A DNA stretch of 64,000 bases from Octopus vulgaris (GCA_951406725.2 OX597819.1:111104001-111168000); one strand, 5' to 3'; counted from the stretch's first letter, positions 28,913-43,560 are shown. Notes: generated by a model from the letters alone, not told the origin. A program made the numbers and translations.

Positions 28913-29336
28913 GTATACATACAGGCGTGGCTGTGCGGCTAGAAGTTTGTTTCTCAACCACAAGGTTCGAGGTTCAGTCTTACTGCGAGGCATCTTGGGC
29001 AAGTGATTTCCGCTAAAGCCTCGGGAATGGATTTGGTAGACGGATCTTGAAAGAAGCCCGTAGTATATGTGCGTATGTGTGTGTGTGTGTGTTTGTACGT
29101 GTGTTTGTCCCACCACTTCCGCTTGACAACCGATATTTGTACGTTTAGGTCCCTGTAGGTTAAGGGTTCAGGAAATAGAGACCGATAGAGCAAGTACCAG
29201 ACTTGAAACAGGTGCCCTGGCATGGCCGCTGTCTAATGACTGAAAAAAGTAAAAAGAAAGATATAATTCATACATACTGTATACACACATACACACACAC
29301 ATACGTATAAACATATAAACATTAACATTTACATGC

Positions 29337-29374
<38 letters not shown>

Positions 29375-29677
29375 ATATGTGAATATATACGTAAACATAT
29401 ATATAGATTTCCATGTAGACTTTTCCATGGCTATATGCACACATACATTCCTAATAATACGTGCACGTGATGGTAGATGCATTGTGCATCGTACGTGTTA
29501 CGTAACCGGAATCCGGAACCGATGAACCGAGATGAATGTTGAACTGTAAGTACGTTGAGTCTATGTGAAATAGTGTCCCTTTGTTCAGAAAGACAATGCA
29601 ACAGTCACTGCCAGTTTCATTCCTTTATCTCTGAGAGTTTGTTCTAGTTCAAACTTACACGAGAAAATGTGAGAAGG

Positions 29678-29711
<34 letters not shown>

Positions 29712-29712
29712 A

Positions 29713-29783
<71 letters not shown>

Positions 29784-29986
29784 CAGAGATCATGCCTCAT
29801 TTTTTTCATTTTCACTTTACCCAGCCTGTTGAAATGCTTTCTTTCGTTGGAATACTGCTTCGTCTAATCTTTATTTTTATCTATTTATTACTAGACCAGC
29901 TTGTCGTCGCTAGGGGCTATAACTACAGAATTGTTTTAATGAAAATTAGTGATGTATTCAAATATTGATTCATACGTGTGTGTGGA

Positions 29987-30024
<38 letters not shown>

Positions 30025-30064
30025 CACACACACAAACATACAAAACACACATACACATACATAT

Positions 30065-30118
<54 letters not shown>

Positions 30119-30199
30119 ATATATGTGTAGGCATATGTATCTATCTATATATATATGTATGTGGATATATATATATATATATATATAGATATAGGTATG

Positions 30200-30230
<31 letters not shown>

Positions 30231-30905
30231 GCACATATGTACACACACATATATATGTATATTTGCATGTACAAATATGTATACATATACATGTAAGCAT
30301 TTACATATATATATAAGTATGCGAGTTTGTGTATAGACAGATATATATGTATATATGTATATATAGACTTAGAACAACGCTAGCTGTAATCTTTCGTCTG
30401 AAACTAGTATTAGCTTTTATTACATTTTTTTCTTACGAGACATTTGTAAGCCAAATCTACGCTCAGAATATCGCTGGAGGTTGTCAGAATGGATGATTCT
30501 CTGTCGGTTTTGAAGATGAAGGTTCAATAATTTGATTAATCCCGTTACTCGTCCCCGAATTAACATACAAGTGAGTGAGCATTGCAGAGACACGTGTACC
30601 CTTAACATAAATATCAGAGAGAATCCGTGACAAGGTTATCTCTTTTATATTACATGTGCAGTCCATCCGACTGGTTTCTACTCAGTTACGTTTACTCATT
30701 TTCACGCCTGTTGCATGAGTTAATTCCGTTTTGATTGAAACAAGGACCTCGGAGTTGCGAAACAAATCACTTGAACAATCAACTGTATGGCGCTGATACA
30801 TATACATAGAGCCCCCCCACCACACCCACACATACACACACATAAAACACACATACACATATACATACACACACATATATATATATGTGTGTATATATAT
30901 GTGTA

Positions 30906-30937
<32 letters not shown>

Positions 30938-32910
30938 CTAGCGGAAATACCCAGCGTTTCCCGGGTTAAAGAGAATAATGAAATTTAAAAACGTCATCTA
31001 GATTACGCAGGCCTCAATTGCTAGTAGCTGAGATACCAACTTTCTATATTAATAACTCTCTAACCCATGCCAGCATGCAACATAGACGTTAAGTGAAATG
31101 TTACAAGAAAGTTTTCAACTCATATATTTATATAAACTAAATACACGTAATTAATAAAAAAGACGTTTTATTTAGCTTATTTCGTAACCAAAAAACAGGT
31201 ACAGATTATAAACAATAGAAGGGCGATTTTTGGTGATTTATTTGGCGGAGGTAATAGAGTGCCAATGCAATGATAAATCTGACCTTGGATCACGAAAGTT
31301 TGCATGAATCCTCGATTAAATCTCTTGTGGCTCCATATGATGTTATCTGTAGTGCAGCGTTGTATTGTCTAATTTTGTTTTAGAAATGCTTTGAATCTTG
31401 GTCAGTTGACGACAACAGTTTCTTCAATGGCTCAGGAGGTTGGAGGATTGCAGGGAGTTTAACCTTTCCACCACTGCAGCACATTGCAGGTGTCTCTCCA
31501 GTCCAATTCCTTGCTTTACAGTGTATGCACACATTTGTCACTGCACCAATGGAAAATCTAGTGTTATCTGCATAATGAGCTGCCGGATCGTATTTGAAAG
31601 CTGCTTCATAGAAGTTAGTTCTCTGAACTGTTATAACTGCTCTTCGTTCGGCCGTGGAGATCCTATTCCTTGTCATCCGTGTATACTTCTGTTCATCACT
31701 TTGAGATGCTCTCGCTTTTGTAGTGCATAATCTGTTCATTTCTTTGTACGCTTCTCTTTCTGCAGCTGCTCTCTTTCTCTCGACAGAGACATTCGTTTAG
31801 CTGACCTTAGCATTGTAGACAAATTTGATACTTTGCTTCTAGGCATGGTTATATACGTAAACAGAAATGCACGAGCGCAGAAGAAAGTAAATAATGAAAT
31901 AACTGGGTAATGGAAATTATATTTCTTTATACGACGAGCAGAAAGTAAAAATAGTAAACTTTTACGGAAAATAAATAATTGTACAGGTTGAAGTGAAATT
32001 TGTCACTTAGTGAACCCAAAGTGCCAGTGTCGAAGGAACCAGAAAAAAAACCGTTAACAACAACAAAAAAAACACAAAACCGTTGCAAATGTAAATAAGA
32101 GACATTTAGGGAAATTAACTAAGAGTACAGATATAAGGGAAATTTTTGAAATTACTTCTGTTAGTAAATTATGAACTTACTTTTATCAGTAATTCCGTCA
32201 ACAACAAAAAATAAATACGAAACGTTGCAAAAGTAAATAAGAAATTTGTAGGCAAATTTAACGAAGCGAACGGGTATTACTTTCATCAGTAATTGTGAAC
32301 TTCTCTCTGTGAGTAATTTGTCGTTGATGTTTGTAAATAGCGATTGAAAACTTACAGTGAAAGCAATAGCAATTGAACTTAAAGTGAAAACAATATCGTC
32401 TGAAAAATGAAAGTGAAAACAATAGAAAGTGAGTGAGATATAGAGAGGGGTGTATGCAGAAAGCTAGCTAGTTAGACAAATAAGATATAGATAGATAAGA
32501 TGTAGAAAGAGAGATACAAGGAGATATATATAGATATAAAGAGGAATATAGATATATAGATAAAGAGATATAGACGTCACTGGCGTTAGAAAACCAGAAG
32601 TAAATATTTTTTAAAAACTTTCAAAGTGAATGTAATATAAAAAGCAACATTTTAAACTTTTTTATGACCAGTGCATGTATGGGAGATAATCAATTTTTGA
32701 AAGTTACTTCGCAAAAAGTTACTTCTCTACTCCACGTAACCCAGGAATGGGTGCTTTCTGCCCCCAGAGCGCCCATTACTCATTATGTAAAAAAATTAAG
32801 AATCTAAAATCATCCCTGGAACATAGTTAATGTATATTCCTAGTTTGGAGAAAATCAGTTGAAAAATATGGCCGTTATAATCTTTTATACACACACAGAC
32901 AGAACGTTCA
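30938..32910 (-). mobile_element. Internally deleted Helitron
   Basis: The minus-strand 3' end has hairpin acccgg-gaaacg-ctgggt followed by atttccg-CTAG (30938-30941) abutting (TA)n. It carries a RepHel N-terminal coding remnant. The 5' boundary is approximate. Confidence 0.8.
31210..31846 (-). pseudogene. Helitron RepHel N-terminal zinc-finger region (frameshifted)
   Basis: Translates as AAFKYDP...IGAVTNVCIHCKARNWTGETPAMCCSGGKVKLPAILQPPEPLKKLL...SKHF / KIRQYNAALQITSYGA / FMQTFVIQGQIYHCIGTLLP, typical of Helitron N-termini. Rep and helicase domains are absent. Confidence 0.85.
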
Positions 32911-33140
32911 ATGTGTCAGTGTGTCACACTTTGACCTCGTCTTTTACTATTCAATGACACTCCTACAATTCCTCATGATTGGAATAGTAGGTGAGGGTGG
33001 TGAAGGAGACAGATAGATAGAGAGAGATAGAGAGAGAGAAAGAAAGAAAGAAAAAGAAAAGGAGAGAAAGACAAAGAAATTTAGGGAGCATTGATGATGC
33101 TTTATTAAAGGTAATTGTGTTGATGGTGGTAGGGAGACTA

Positions 33141-33183
<43 letters not shown>

Positions 33184-34162
33184 TGGGTGTGTGAGAGAAA
33201 GAGTGACTAAACACTAAAGTAACATGCTGAATAATATACTGAATGAACACACAAATTTAACCCTTTTGTGATAGTAATAATATGAGCTGTAGTTGTGACA
33301 GAGGGGTGGTGATGGTGGAGGTGGTGGTGGTGGCGGTCAGAGATGACGGTGAGAGTAGGCGATGTGAAAGACAGTGGTGATGGTGGTGGAGGTGTCATTA
33401 TTGGGTCTAAGGCTCAATGAAGATTCTTCCACAGGAGCTAGCTTAAAAGCCGTGCCAATAGAACATTCATACTCACGAGAGATATCAATGTTAGTGGCCG
33501 CAAGTTAAAACCGTATAGGCAAAATTAATAGATATATATAACATAATTATATATAATACGGGCACTTTTTAAAAAAAACACCAGCTTTGCTAAAAATAGG
33601 AGTTAAAACATTTCGTAGCTACAAAAATTAACACTATATTTTCATAGGCATGGCTAGAAAAAAAGCTAAGTGAAATAAGGATTACGTTTTGCCTCTGCAA
33701 AATTTCAAGGAGGAATGTCAGTTACCTTGATATCATGATTTCGTGCGAGAAAAGTTTTGAATATGCAAATAAAGCTCTTATTCCATTATACCGGTCACAG
33801 TTTAATGATGCTGACTGGTGAACCAGTTTTGGTGGGTTGCACCGAGCTGTACCAATCTAATGTAGGATAAATATAGTAACAATAACAATAATCCTTGGAT
33901 GGAATTTATAAATATTTCAATGCATCACTACAAGCGTTTCCACAAATCACATGTCTATAACAGTCCCTGTTCCTAAGATGATTGCAGCGTAGTGCGAGGT
34001 ATCCGTGGGCATCTGGTAGATCATCTTCATGGATTCATTTCTTCAGGCACTATAACATTAGTGGATGTTTAACTGAGGCTTGTTTATCACTTTAGACCTG
34101 AGAATGTTGATGAGGTATTATACACATACATCTATACATACGCACATACATACATACATACA

Positions 34163-34193
<31 letters not shown>

Positions 34194-34218
34194 GTACATA
34201 TATACAGATATAAACGAT

Positions 34219-34301
<83 letters not shown>

Positions 34302-36679
34302 GCAATATGAGAGGAAGAGTAAGTCCATATATGTACATGTGTGTGAGTGTGTGTGTGCAAATATAATGACTATATATGAGAATACATATAAAGAATGTAT
34401 ATAAGATTAAAAGTTCTCCATGATTTTTTGCGCCTGGTTGGTCACTCATTAGAAGAGAAGCTCTTCTCATCATCCTGCATGCGAAGAGAACTTGATAGTA
34501 ATCGTTATTTATATGAGACACAAACAAGGACCTAGGCAGAACATGATGTGATCCAGTAACCAAATAAAAAGCTTCCTCATTAACACGAGTAGCTCTAATT
34601 CAATATGTGTATACATCTGTGTTAGCCTCCACATCTATGTATACTTGTTTGAATCTATGTATAGTACGAATGAATGTGTGTGTTTCTGCACACTTCAGTT
34701 CTTTTCTGTACCAGTTCGCAGTTAGTTGTGTGTGCGTATGTGTATGTGTGAGATTATTTACGATATAAAATTTATTATACTCTCTGTGGGTGACTGATTT
34801 TGTAGCGGTTTGTGTGTATAAGTGGCGAACAATCTATGTGTACCACAACAATAACAACAAAAAAGCAATAGTAATATCCATCACCAGCGTAGGGCTAATG
34901 CCCCTCATTCCAAAAGTTCCTTTCTGGTTGTATTTTCAAGAGGTCCACAATCCAAGACAGGCTTGCAAGGCATGTCGTGACTTCTCCATGTCACTCACTT
35001 TTGCTTGCTGAGTGAACTAGAGAAGGGGTCGGGGTACTTTTTTAACCAATTACCCAAAATATATTTATTTACGCCAACGTTAGCCACCTTGATTCGAAAG
35101 GAAGAAAATCATAGATAACAAGAAACACGTATTTTATATAATTTTGCTTATGTCTAATGAATCCTCATTACCATCAAGGATTTCATTTTTACTACACCCG
35201 GGGTAATTTGCCCCGGTTCACCGACCTCTGAATTAGAGCAACGAGAAATGAAGTGTTTTGCTGAAGACCTCATCAAATCGTTCGGTCCAGAAATCGAAAC
35301 TGCAATCTTGCGATCATGATTCCAACACCCTTAGCACTAAGCCACATGCCTCCACTGCAGTAATAGTGTTACTATAAATATTGTTACCATTTCCACCAAC
35401 ACTACCACTACCACTGCCAATAACAACAATAGCATCACCACCATAACTACTACCAGCTCCATCAGCAGCTGCAGTACCACCGCCGCAACAGCCACTTCTG
35501 CTATTAACAGCAATACCAAACCTATCCACCATTACACACCATCAACACTACCATCACCTTTTTCCGCCACTTCCACCACTACAACCACCACTACAACCAC
35601 CTCTACCACCACCACTACCACCACCACCACCACCATTACCACCACTACCACCACGACCACCACCATTATTACCACGACCACCACCATTACTACCTCCACC
35701 ACCACCACCACCAACACCACCAACACTACTAACACTACTACCACCACCACTACAACCACCCCCACCAAAACCACCACCACCACCACCACCACTACCACTT
35801 CCACAACCACCAAGACCACCACTACCACCACCACCACCACCATTATCACCACCGCCACCACCACCACTTCTTCGTAGACGACCACAAAGAACATCTCCAC
35901 CATTGACAACAACAATTTGGTAAATGCAACAACGACGACGGCAACATGAGCAACAATCGTTTTTATCAATTTACTCTCATTTTTGGCCAGGTGAAGCGTG
36001 AACCATCGATCATACCACCAATATCAGTACAAATACCACCACCACCACCTCCACCACTCTCATTCTCCTATTCTTCCTCCGCCTCACTATCGTTGTCTTC
36101 TTCATCATAGGGGAATTGCAGCTTCACAATCGACATAATTAGCAGCAGCCGCCGCCAACACCACCACCACCACCACGATCACAAGATCGACTTGAACCCA
36201 ATTTTAATCATCTTCAGCGCAACTCCATCATCTCCCAACCACAAACACCATCAAAGCTATCACCACAACCACAACCTTTGCCAACACCGCCGCAACCACT
36301 GCCAACAACTGCTGATCACAGCCCTGGCAACGACGATGATCACCTCCTCCCCCTCCTCATCGCCTTCTTCCTCGTCCACCACCACCATCACAAATATTTC
36401 TGCCTCTGTCATCAACTTCCCATCAACTTCCCAAAAATAAAAATTTTAGCACACAACAAAGTATCAAGAAATAAACCAACACATATCGTAGTATAACGTG
36501 ATTAAATACGTTATACGCGTGACGAAATATAATCCTTTCTACTACAAACACAAAGCCTGAAAAATTGTAGAAGGGGCTAGTTAATTGTATAACTGGTAAT
36601 TATCTAACTGAACCCGAAAGATTAAAACTAAGTCCACGTCGGACCTCCAATAATGAATATAAGATCTTGTTTATTTACT

Positions 36680-36992
36680 TATGCGCCCTTTTCAAGACTA
36701 GCCAGGCTCGTGGGCCTGGTTCCCCGGTTTCTATGGTTTCTATGGCGTATGTGTTCCCCCCAGCTGGACGGAACGCCAGCCCATCGCATCGTTACTCAAG
36801 AAACAGGAAGAAAGAGTGAGAGAAAGTTGGGGCGAAAGAGTACAACAAGGGTCGCCACAACTCCCTGCTGGAGTCTCGTGTAGCTTTGGGTGTTTTCGCT
36901 CAATAAACACACACGACGCCCGGTCTGGGAATCGAAACCCCGTTCCTTCGACCGTGAGTCCGCTGCCCTAACCACTGGGCCATTGCGCCTCT
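36680..36992 (-). mobile_element. tRNA-derived SINE family D
   Basis: Minus-strand head gaggcgcaatggcccagtggttagggcagcggactc...ggtttcgattccc contains A and B boxes. Its first ~195 nt are shared with the 60521 copy. Confidence 0.85.
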
Positions 36993-37007
36993 GTATAATA
37001 TCTTGTA

Positions 37008-37550
37008 GGATTTTACAATCCAGTGTGATTCAATGATTGATGCTCATAGGCGGGAATTGTTGCAGTTGATTAAATGATGAAGGAAACCAATGTCATAGAT
37101 ATTGCTATTTAACCGGGGGGGGGGTACAAGTGGGTGATAAAGAACTAGAAACGATTGAGAACTACAAGCCACTAAAAGATAAGATTGCACCAATGTTTAA
37201 TTCTACTCTAGGCACAAGACCTTGAAGATTTTCGGGTAAGGAGGCAAGTCAATTATATCGACCCCAGTACGTAACTGGCACTTATTTCATTGACCTCGAA
37301 AGGATGATAGACAAAGTCGACCTCGGTGGAATTTGAACTCAGAACATAAAGACAGATGAAATACTGCTAAGCATTTTGCCTGGCGTGCTAACGATTCTGC
37401 CGGCTCGCCGCCTGAAGATTGCACGAATATTGGCATTGAAGAAGGTAACTGTCATCTAGTAGTTAGAAGGACAATGGAAGCATTAACAACTTGGTTTAAG
37501 AAATTCGTTGGAGAAATTGGAATTGACATGAGGGTAGAACTTGCTCAAGA
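37008..37550 (+). mobile_element. R4/Dong-type restriction-like endonuclease remnant, split by a SINE
   Basis: Translates as DFTIQCDSMIDAHRR...VIDIAI...DKELETIENYKPLKDKIA / LKKVTVI...GIDMRVELAQ, a decayed RPD..D..K motif region. Confidence 0.75.
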
Positions 37551-38334
37551 ACACAACACACAGCGCGGTCCGGGATTCGATCGTAAGCTCGATGCTCTAA
37601 CCACTGAACCATGCGCCTTCACATCAATACGTAACTAGTATATAAGCATGTAAAATTACTATTGCGTATTGCATTTCCGGTGCATATACACCACTAGTCG
37701 AATGCAAAATAACTGAACACATGACTTGCATTGTGCATTTACAAATGCATGCGCAGAAAATAATTGCACATATTGTTACATACATCCAAGACATAAATAG
37801 ATATTCTCAACATATATGATGCACCTACAACCGGAGCAAACAATAGCTTAGACACACCAGAGCCTGCTATGCAGAGGCACTTGTCAGAATTAAAAATAGG
37901 TGCACACTATGCTGTTGATGCACATAAATTCGTTTTCAGAAAATGGTACAGTTGCACAAAGTATTTGTTATACACATGCAATTTTCAGAATCAGAAATAG
38001 GTGCACACATCACTTGTAATGTACACATGCCACTTATAATGCATTCAGCTTATAATGCACTTAGGATGCATATAACATATAATGTTAGCAAGTGATGATG
38101 GCAAGTAATATATTTCACAGGTCACTGCTCCGTTTAGTTTTGGAATCACTGAAGTGTGTGTATGTACGAGTGTGTGTGTGTGTGTTTGAATGTGCGCGTA
38201 TGTGTGTGTGTGTAAGTGTGTGCGCACATGAGTGCTTCTATGTGCCAGAGTGTGTGTTTGCATGAGTATTTTTAGTAAAGTTTTTGTATGTATGTATGTA
38301 TGTATGCTTGTATGTATGTCGAAGTCGATTTGCG

Positions 38335-38383
<49 letters not shown>

Positions 38384-38419
38384 CGTGTATACATATAAAT
38401 ATATAAACATATAAATATC

Positions 38420-38490
<71 letters not shown>

Positions 38491-38532
38491 GTACACACAC
38501 ATATATATATATATATATCTGTATATATGTAT

Positions 38533-38638
<106 letters not shown>

Positions 38639-38675
38639 ACATGATTATATATATATGTGTATGTGTGTGTGTATA

Positions 38676-40174
38676 CCGGATGTACCAGCAGAATTGTCAC
38701 GCTCACAAATTCTTAAAACTTCTTAAAACCAATCAACTAATCGATTTGCGATTTTCCATGTTTTCCAAATAAGATATCAGGCTATACTAACACCAATTTT
38801 TGCATGAATCCGTGAACTACCCATTGAGATATTTAGCTAGAAAGAAAGGCTGGAATCGTTATGCGCCAGCTTCACTATATCTTCCGAAATGAGGTATGTT
38901 GAGCGGACTGATATCATCCAGGCCTTCAGTAATGATATTAGTATTCATCTTCTGGCTTCCATCTTCAAATTCCATTCAAGAAGCATCAAGAGAGTTGTGA
39001 ATAAGTTTGAGAAAGCGGGAATAGTGGTGAGTAAAACTGCATCAAAAGGTCATAACCGCAAGAGGGATCATCGTTTCATTCTGTAGCTGAAGAAGAAATC
39101 AACCAGAAGAGATACAACTCAACCCATAAGGCACTTGGCCCGTGAGAGAAGAGTTTCAGATATAACAGTTCAAAGAGCAGTGTCAGAAGACTTGAAAGTG
39201 AAATCGTACATGGGTCCATTGAGGCACCTTGTGACTCCAGAACAAAAGGTTAGAAGATTGGAGAGGGTGGAGATCATCTTGAACAGATAAGAATTTCACT
39301 TAAGAAACGCACACATACAAAGCAGCCGCGGGTTGGCTTCAGGTCCTCACGAGTGAGTCAAAAATGTCATTTTCAGGTGCAAAATCCCTGCCAAGGTGAT
39401 GATTTTTACCTGTGCTGCGTCTGATAATAAGAAGATACCATTGATGATGTTAGAGGAGGCTGAGAGGCTGATAAGCGTTTGTTACGTTCAGGATTTGAAA
39501 GATGTAAAGAACTGGATTCTTTCTGAATATTTTAAGGCAAGAGACGAGGGAAACCTCAACAAGATCGCTAAGGACTTCAAGGTTACATTTCAACAGCTCC
39601 TTTCACAATTGCAGTGGCTCAAAAATTTCTCAAGGAAGAATTTGGGAACAGACTTTCATAAAAACACACTTAGCCCTCTTCATCACCTGATTTGAACCCT
39701 TTAGACTTCAGCATCTGGAATGAACTGGTCAAAAAAAGCTTATGAGTATCCCCACAGTAGCCTGGAGGACGTAGGAGGAGGACATCGATGAGAAAATCAT
39801 TAAGAAAGCTTGCATTGCAGTAAGAAAGACAGTCGAGGAAGTCGTTACCAAAAGTGGAGCAACTGCCAGAATTGTCTCTGGTGCTTTGAAATAAAACTTT
39901 AAGCTTCCATTCGAACTTTATTCCAATCTTTTATGAGCTTCCAATCCTGAGCTATGGTTAATTATTTGAGAAAATATCATTTTCGTCCATGATCAACTTC
40001 ATTGCGATTCTTCTGCTCAGCTTGGAGAGTAATCAACATTTTCTTGCTCAAAGTAGAGTCCAACAGCGTTAGAAAAGTCTCTGATAATTCCATTATGTTA
40101 TCTTAAAACATATTTGTGAATACAAACGTTCGAAGTTGAATCTAAAATTTGGACAATTTTGTTGGTACACACAG
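38676..40174 (+). mobile_element. Tc1/mariner superfamily element (maT-like), near full length, decayed
   Basis: Imperfect TIRs ccggatgtaccagcagaattgtc / gacaattttgttggtacacacag with TA flanks. A SPDLNPLDFSIWNEL motif lies near 39683-39727. Confidence 0.85.
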
Positions 40175-40179
40175 TATAC

Positions 40180-40271
<92 letters not shown>

Positions 40272-40278
40272 GCCTGCC

Positions 40279-40329
<51 letters not shown>

Positions 40330-40378
40330 ATGTATGTATTTATGTATGTGTGTGTGTGTATGTATGTATGTATGTATG

Positions 40379-40410
<32 letters not shown>

Positions 40411-40500
40411 CATGTGTGTGTATGTATGTGTGTATGTATGTATGTATGTATGTATGTATGTATGTATGTATGTATGTATGCATGTATGCATGTATGTATG

Positions 40501-40557
<57 letters not shown>

Positions 40558-40562
<5 letters not shown>

Positions 40563-40804
40563 GAGACAAAACCACTATTTTGCAAAACAAACAAGGAAAG
40601 ACTTAATCAATACATAAAATTTTAATAAAAAGTCAAAAACTTCATAATTTGAAACTGACTTGAAAATTGGAAGTCCACCTGAAGATTGTCGATCAGGACA
40701 AGAAACAATTGTAGTGGCGGTTTTTTTGACTTTTTATTAAAATTTTATGTATTGATTAAGTCTTTCCTTGTTTGTTTTGCAAAATAGTGGTTTTGTCTCT
40801 AATA
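40558..40804. mobile_element. Penelope-like terminal fragment: perfect 82-bp inverted repeat enclosing the hammerhead, inserted in (TA)n
   Basis: 40558-40639 is the exact reverse complement of 40723-40804. The 83-bp spacer carries the ribozyme, and TA-rich tracts flank both sides. Confidence 0.75.
40675..40717 (+). ncRNA. Minimal type I hammerhead ribozyme (Penelope-like-element type), intact core
   Basis: Reads ccac-CTGAAGA-ttgtc(gatcag)gacaa-GAAA-c-aatt-GTA-gtgg. Stem I is ccac/gtgg, the core is CUGANGA plus GAAA, stem II is 5 bp, helix III is palindromic (ACAATTGT), and the GUA cleavage triplet ends at 40713. Confidence 0.85.
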
Positions 40805-42088
40805 ATATTATATAATATTTTACTATAAAATTGGATTTAATCCTAAATCTGATTTTTTTCCCTGTAAATTTGGATTTATTCCCTAATATTTATTATTATT
40901 ATATATATATATATATATATAATAATATATATATATATATATATATAGGTGTGTGTATATTATTCTTCTTTCTTCATCTTATTATTATTTTTATTGTTAT
41001 TATTATTAGTATCATTAAAGCAGTCTGAATCGTCCGTCTGAGCCAGCAAAACTTAAAGTTGCATGGGGCCGAATCAAACTGTGTGTGTGTGTGTATGTGT
41101 GTGTGTGTGCGTGTGTGTGTGTGTGTGTGTGCGCGCGTGCGTATTTGTTTGTATCTTTGGGTTTCGGTTTGTCCCACACCAAACTGTTGCGGATTTGTTT
41201 AGATCCCTATAAATTAACGGTTCGGCAAAATTGTCCGAGCACAAGATTTAAGAAGAACGAAAAGGTTCAGTGATCTATTTTCTCTATTAAAACTCTTCGA
41301 AGTGGTGCCACAACATGGCTACAGTCCAATGAATGAAAGGAGTAAAAGAGATTAAAAAAATCGAGACGCATGGCATAGTGATTAGGGGTGTTGGACTCAT
41401 GATCGTAAGATTGAAGTTTCGATTCCGCGACCGAGCGATGCATTGTGTTCTTGAACAAAACACTATTTCACGTTGCCCCAGTCCACTCAGCCGTCAAAAT
41501 GAGCAATCCTGCAACAGACTAGCTTGCGCCTTGAGGTTGAGACGCTTTTGGAAAATAACTCGGGTCCGGCTACGGTTCCGGCTTAGAGGCGTTCAGCCGT
41601 GAGCAACCCTGCGACAGACTAGCGTCCCGTCCAGGTTCGGAATATATATACGCCACAGAATCTTGGAAACTGACCATATGAGTCTAAATGATTTGAAAAG
41701 AAATTTTGCCCGGTATTCATGTATCTTGGTTGGAGGAAAATTTGCTATTTGTTTCATCAATCTCATTGAGTTATTTATTAGTTTTACTGTAAGGACAAAA
41801 AGATAAATGATTAGAAAAATAATAATGAAAATATGACAGTTCAATGGAAAACAAAATGCAAAGATAGATTAAAGGTATGGAGAGTAAGCAAAAGATATAT
41901 TATGGCCGATTGTGGTGAGTGGGGTAAAAAAAGAGAAGAGAAAGATGTAAAGGAGGAGGAAAAAAATGAGAGAAGCAAAGGGAAAAGAAGACAGGAAAGA
42001 AAGAAAGAAAAGAAAGCGAGAAATAATGAAAGGAAAACAAAAGAGAGGGAAAAGATACGCTCGTACACGTGTATTTATACGTACGATT

Positions 42089-42162
<74 letters not shown>

Positions 42163-42167
42163 GTCTC

Positions 42168-42203
<36 letters not shown>

Positions 42204-42452
42204 TTAATTTTTCTCCCCCTCTCTCTCTCTCTCTATATCATGTATGTATATATTATGTATCTATGTATATATATATATATATATATATATACATGCATAC
42301 ACACACACACATACACACACATATATTCAGCTGTCTGTGCATCTATTTCTATGTTTATGTATGTATATATCTGATAATATATATATATATTGTATTAAGA
42401 ACTATATATTCACACACATACATATATATGGAAATATACATTTATATATGTA

Positions 42453-42533
<81 letters not shown>

Positions 42534-43481
42534 TATATATTATATAACTGTATCTACATACGTACGTATATATACATACGCATTATCAGCATGGAGTTAA
42601 AACATATATCAATATCAATATTTATATATGTATATATATGTGTGTGTGAATATATATATATATGCAATCATTAATCCATACTTGCACACGCATATAGATA
42701 TATGTATAGAAATATCCAATACGGAAAAAAAATTTCTTGAAATGAACAAAAGATTCAGATAAAATTGTGAAGACAGCCTAATTGCAAAGTGGAAGACGGA
42801 TAAGAGAAGCGAAAATAAAATATGAAAGAATGTGAATATTGATAATATGAGAAAGACACGGAGAATTTTTGGAGGAGAATAAAAATATTTGTTTTTGTAT
42901 TCCTGAATGAGAAGTTGGTAAGCAGAATGAAGAATATATTTGAAGAGTAATTGCAAAGGAAGAGAGAGAACGAGAGAGAGAGAGAGAGAGAGAGGGAGTG
43001 TAGGAGAGAAAGGCAGAGAGAGAGAAACGAAAGTTCGGGAAAAGTAGGAGAATGTGGAAGAGTAAGAAGATGAAAAACAGAAAAGTATGAGATGTAAAAA
43101 GGAGGTGGTGGTGGTGGTGGTGGTGGTGGTGGTGGTGGTACTGGAGGAAGTGGTGGACGAATAAGAAGAGGAGGAGGAGGAGGTGTAGAAGGAGCAGCAG
43201 CAACTACAACAATAATAACAATAACAAAATATTAGCGAGAGCAGCGCACTGAAGAAGCGCGAGTAATAAATAACGAATACTTTAAAAAGGAGGAAGAAAG
43301 AAATAGTGAATGAGTAGCATGAGAAGAAGAAGGAGAAGAAGAACAACAACAACAGCAGCAACAACAACAACAATGACAACAAGAACAACAGTTGCAGCAA
43401 CAACAATAATAAACACAAAATAGGAAATACAAATAACTAAACAATGTATATCAGAGGGAATAACAAGAAAGGGTGAAAGAG

Positions 43482-43515
<34 letters not shown>

Positions 43516-43526
43516 GAGGAAAGAAA

Positions 43527-43560
<34 letters not shown>

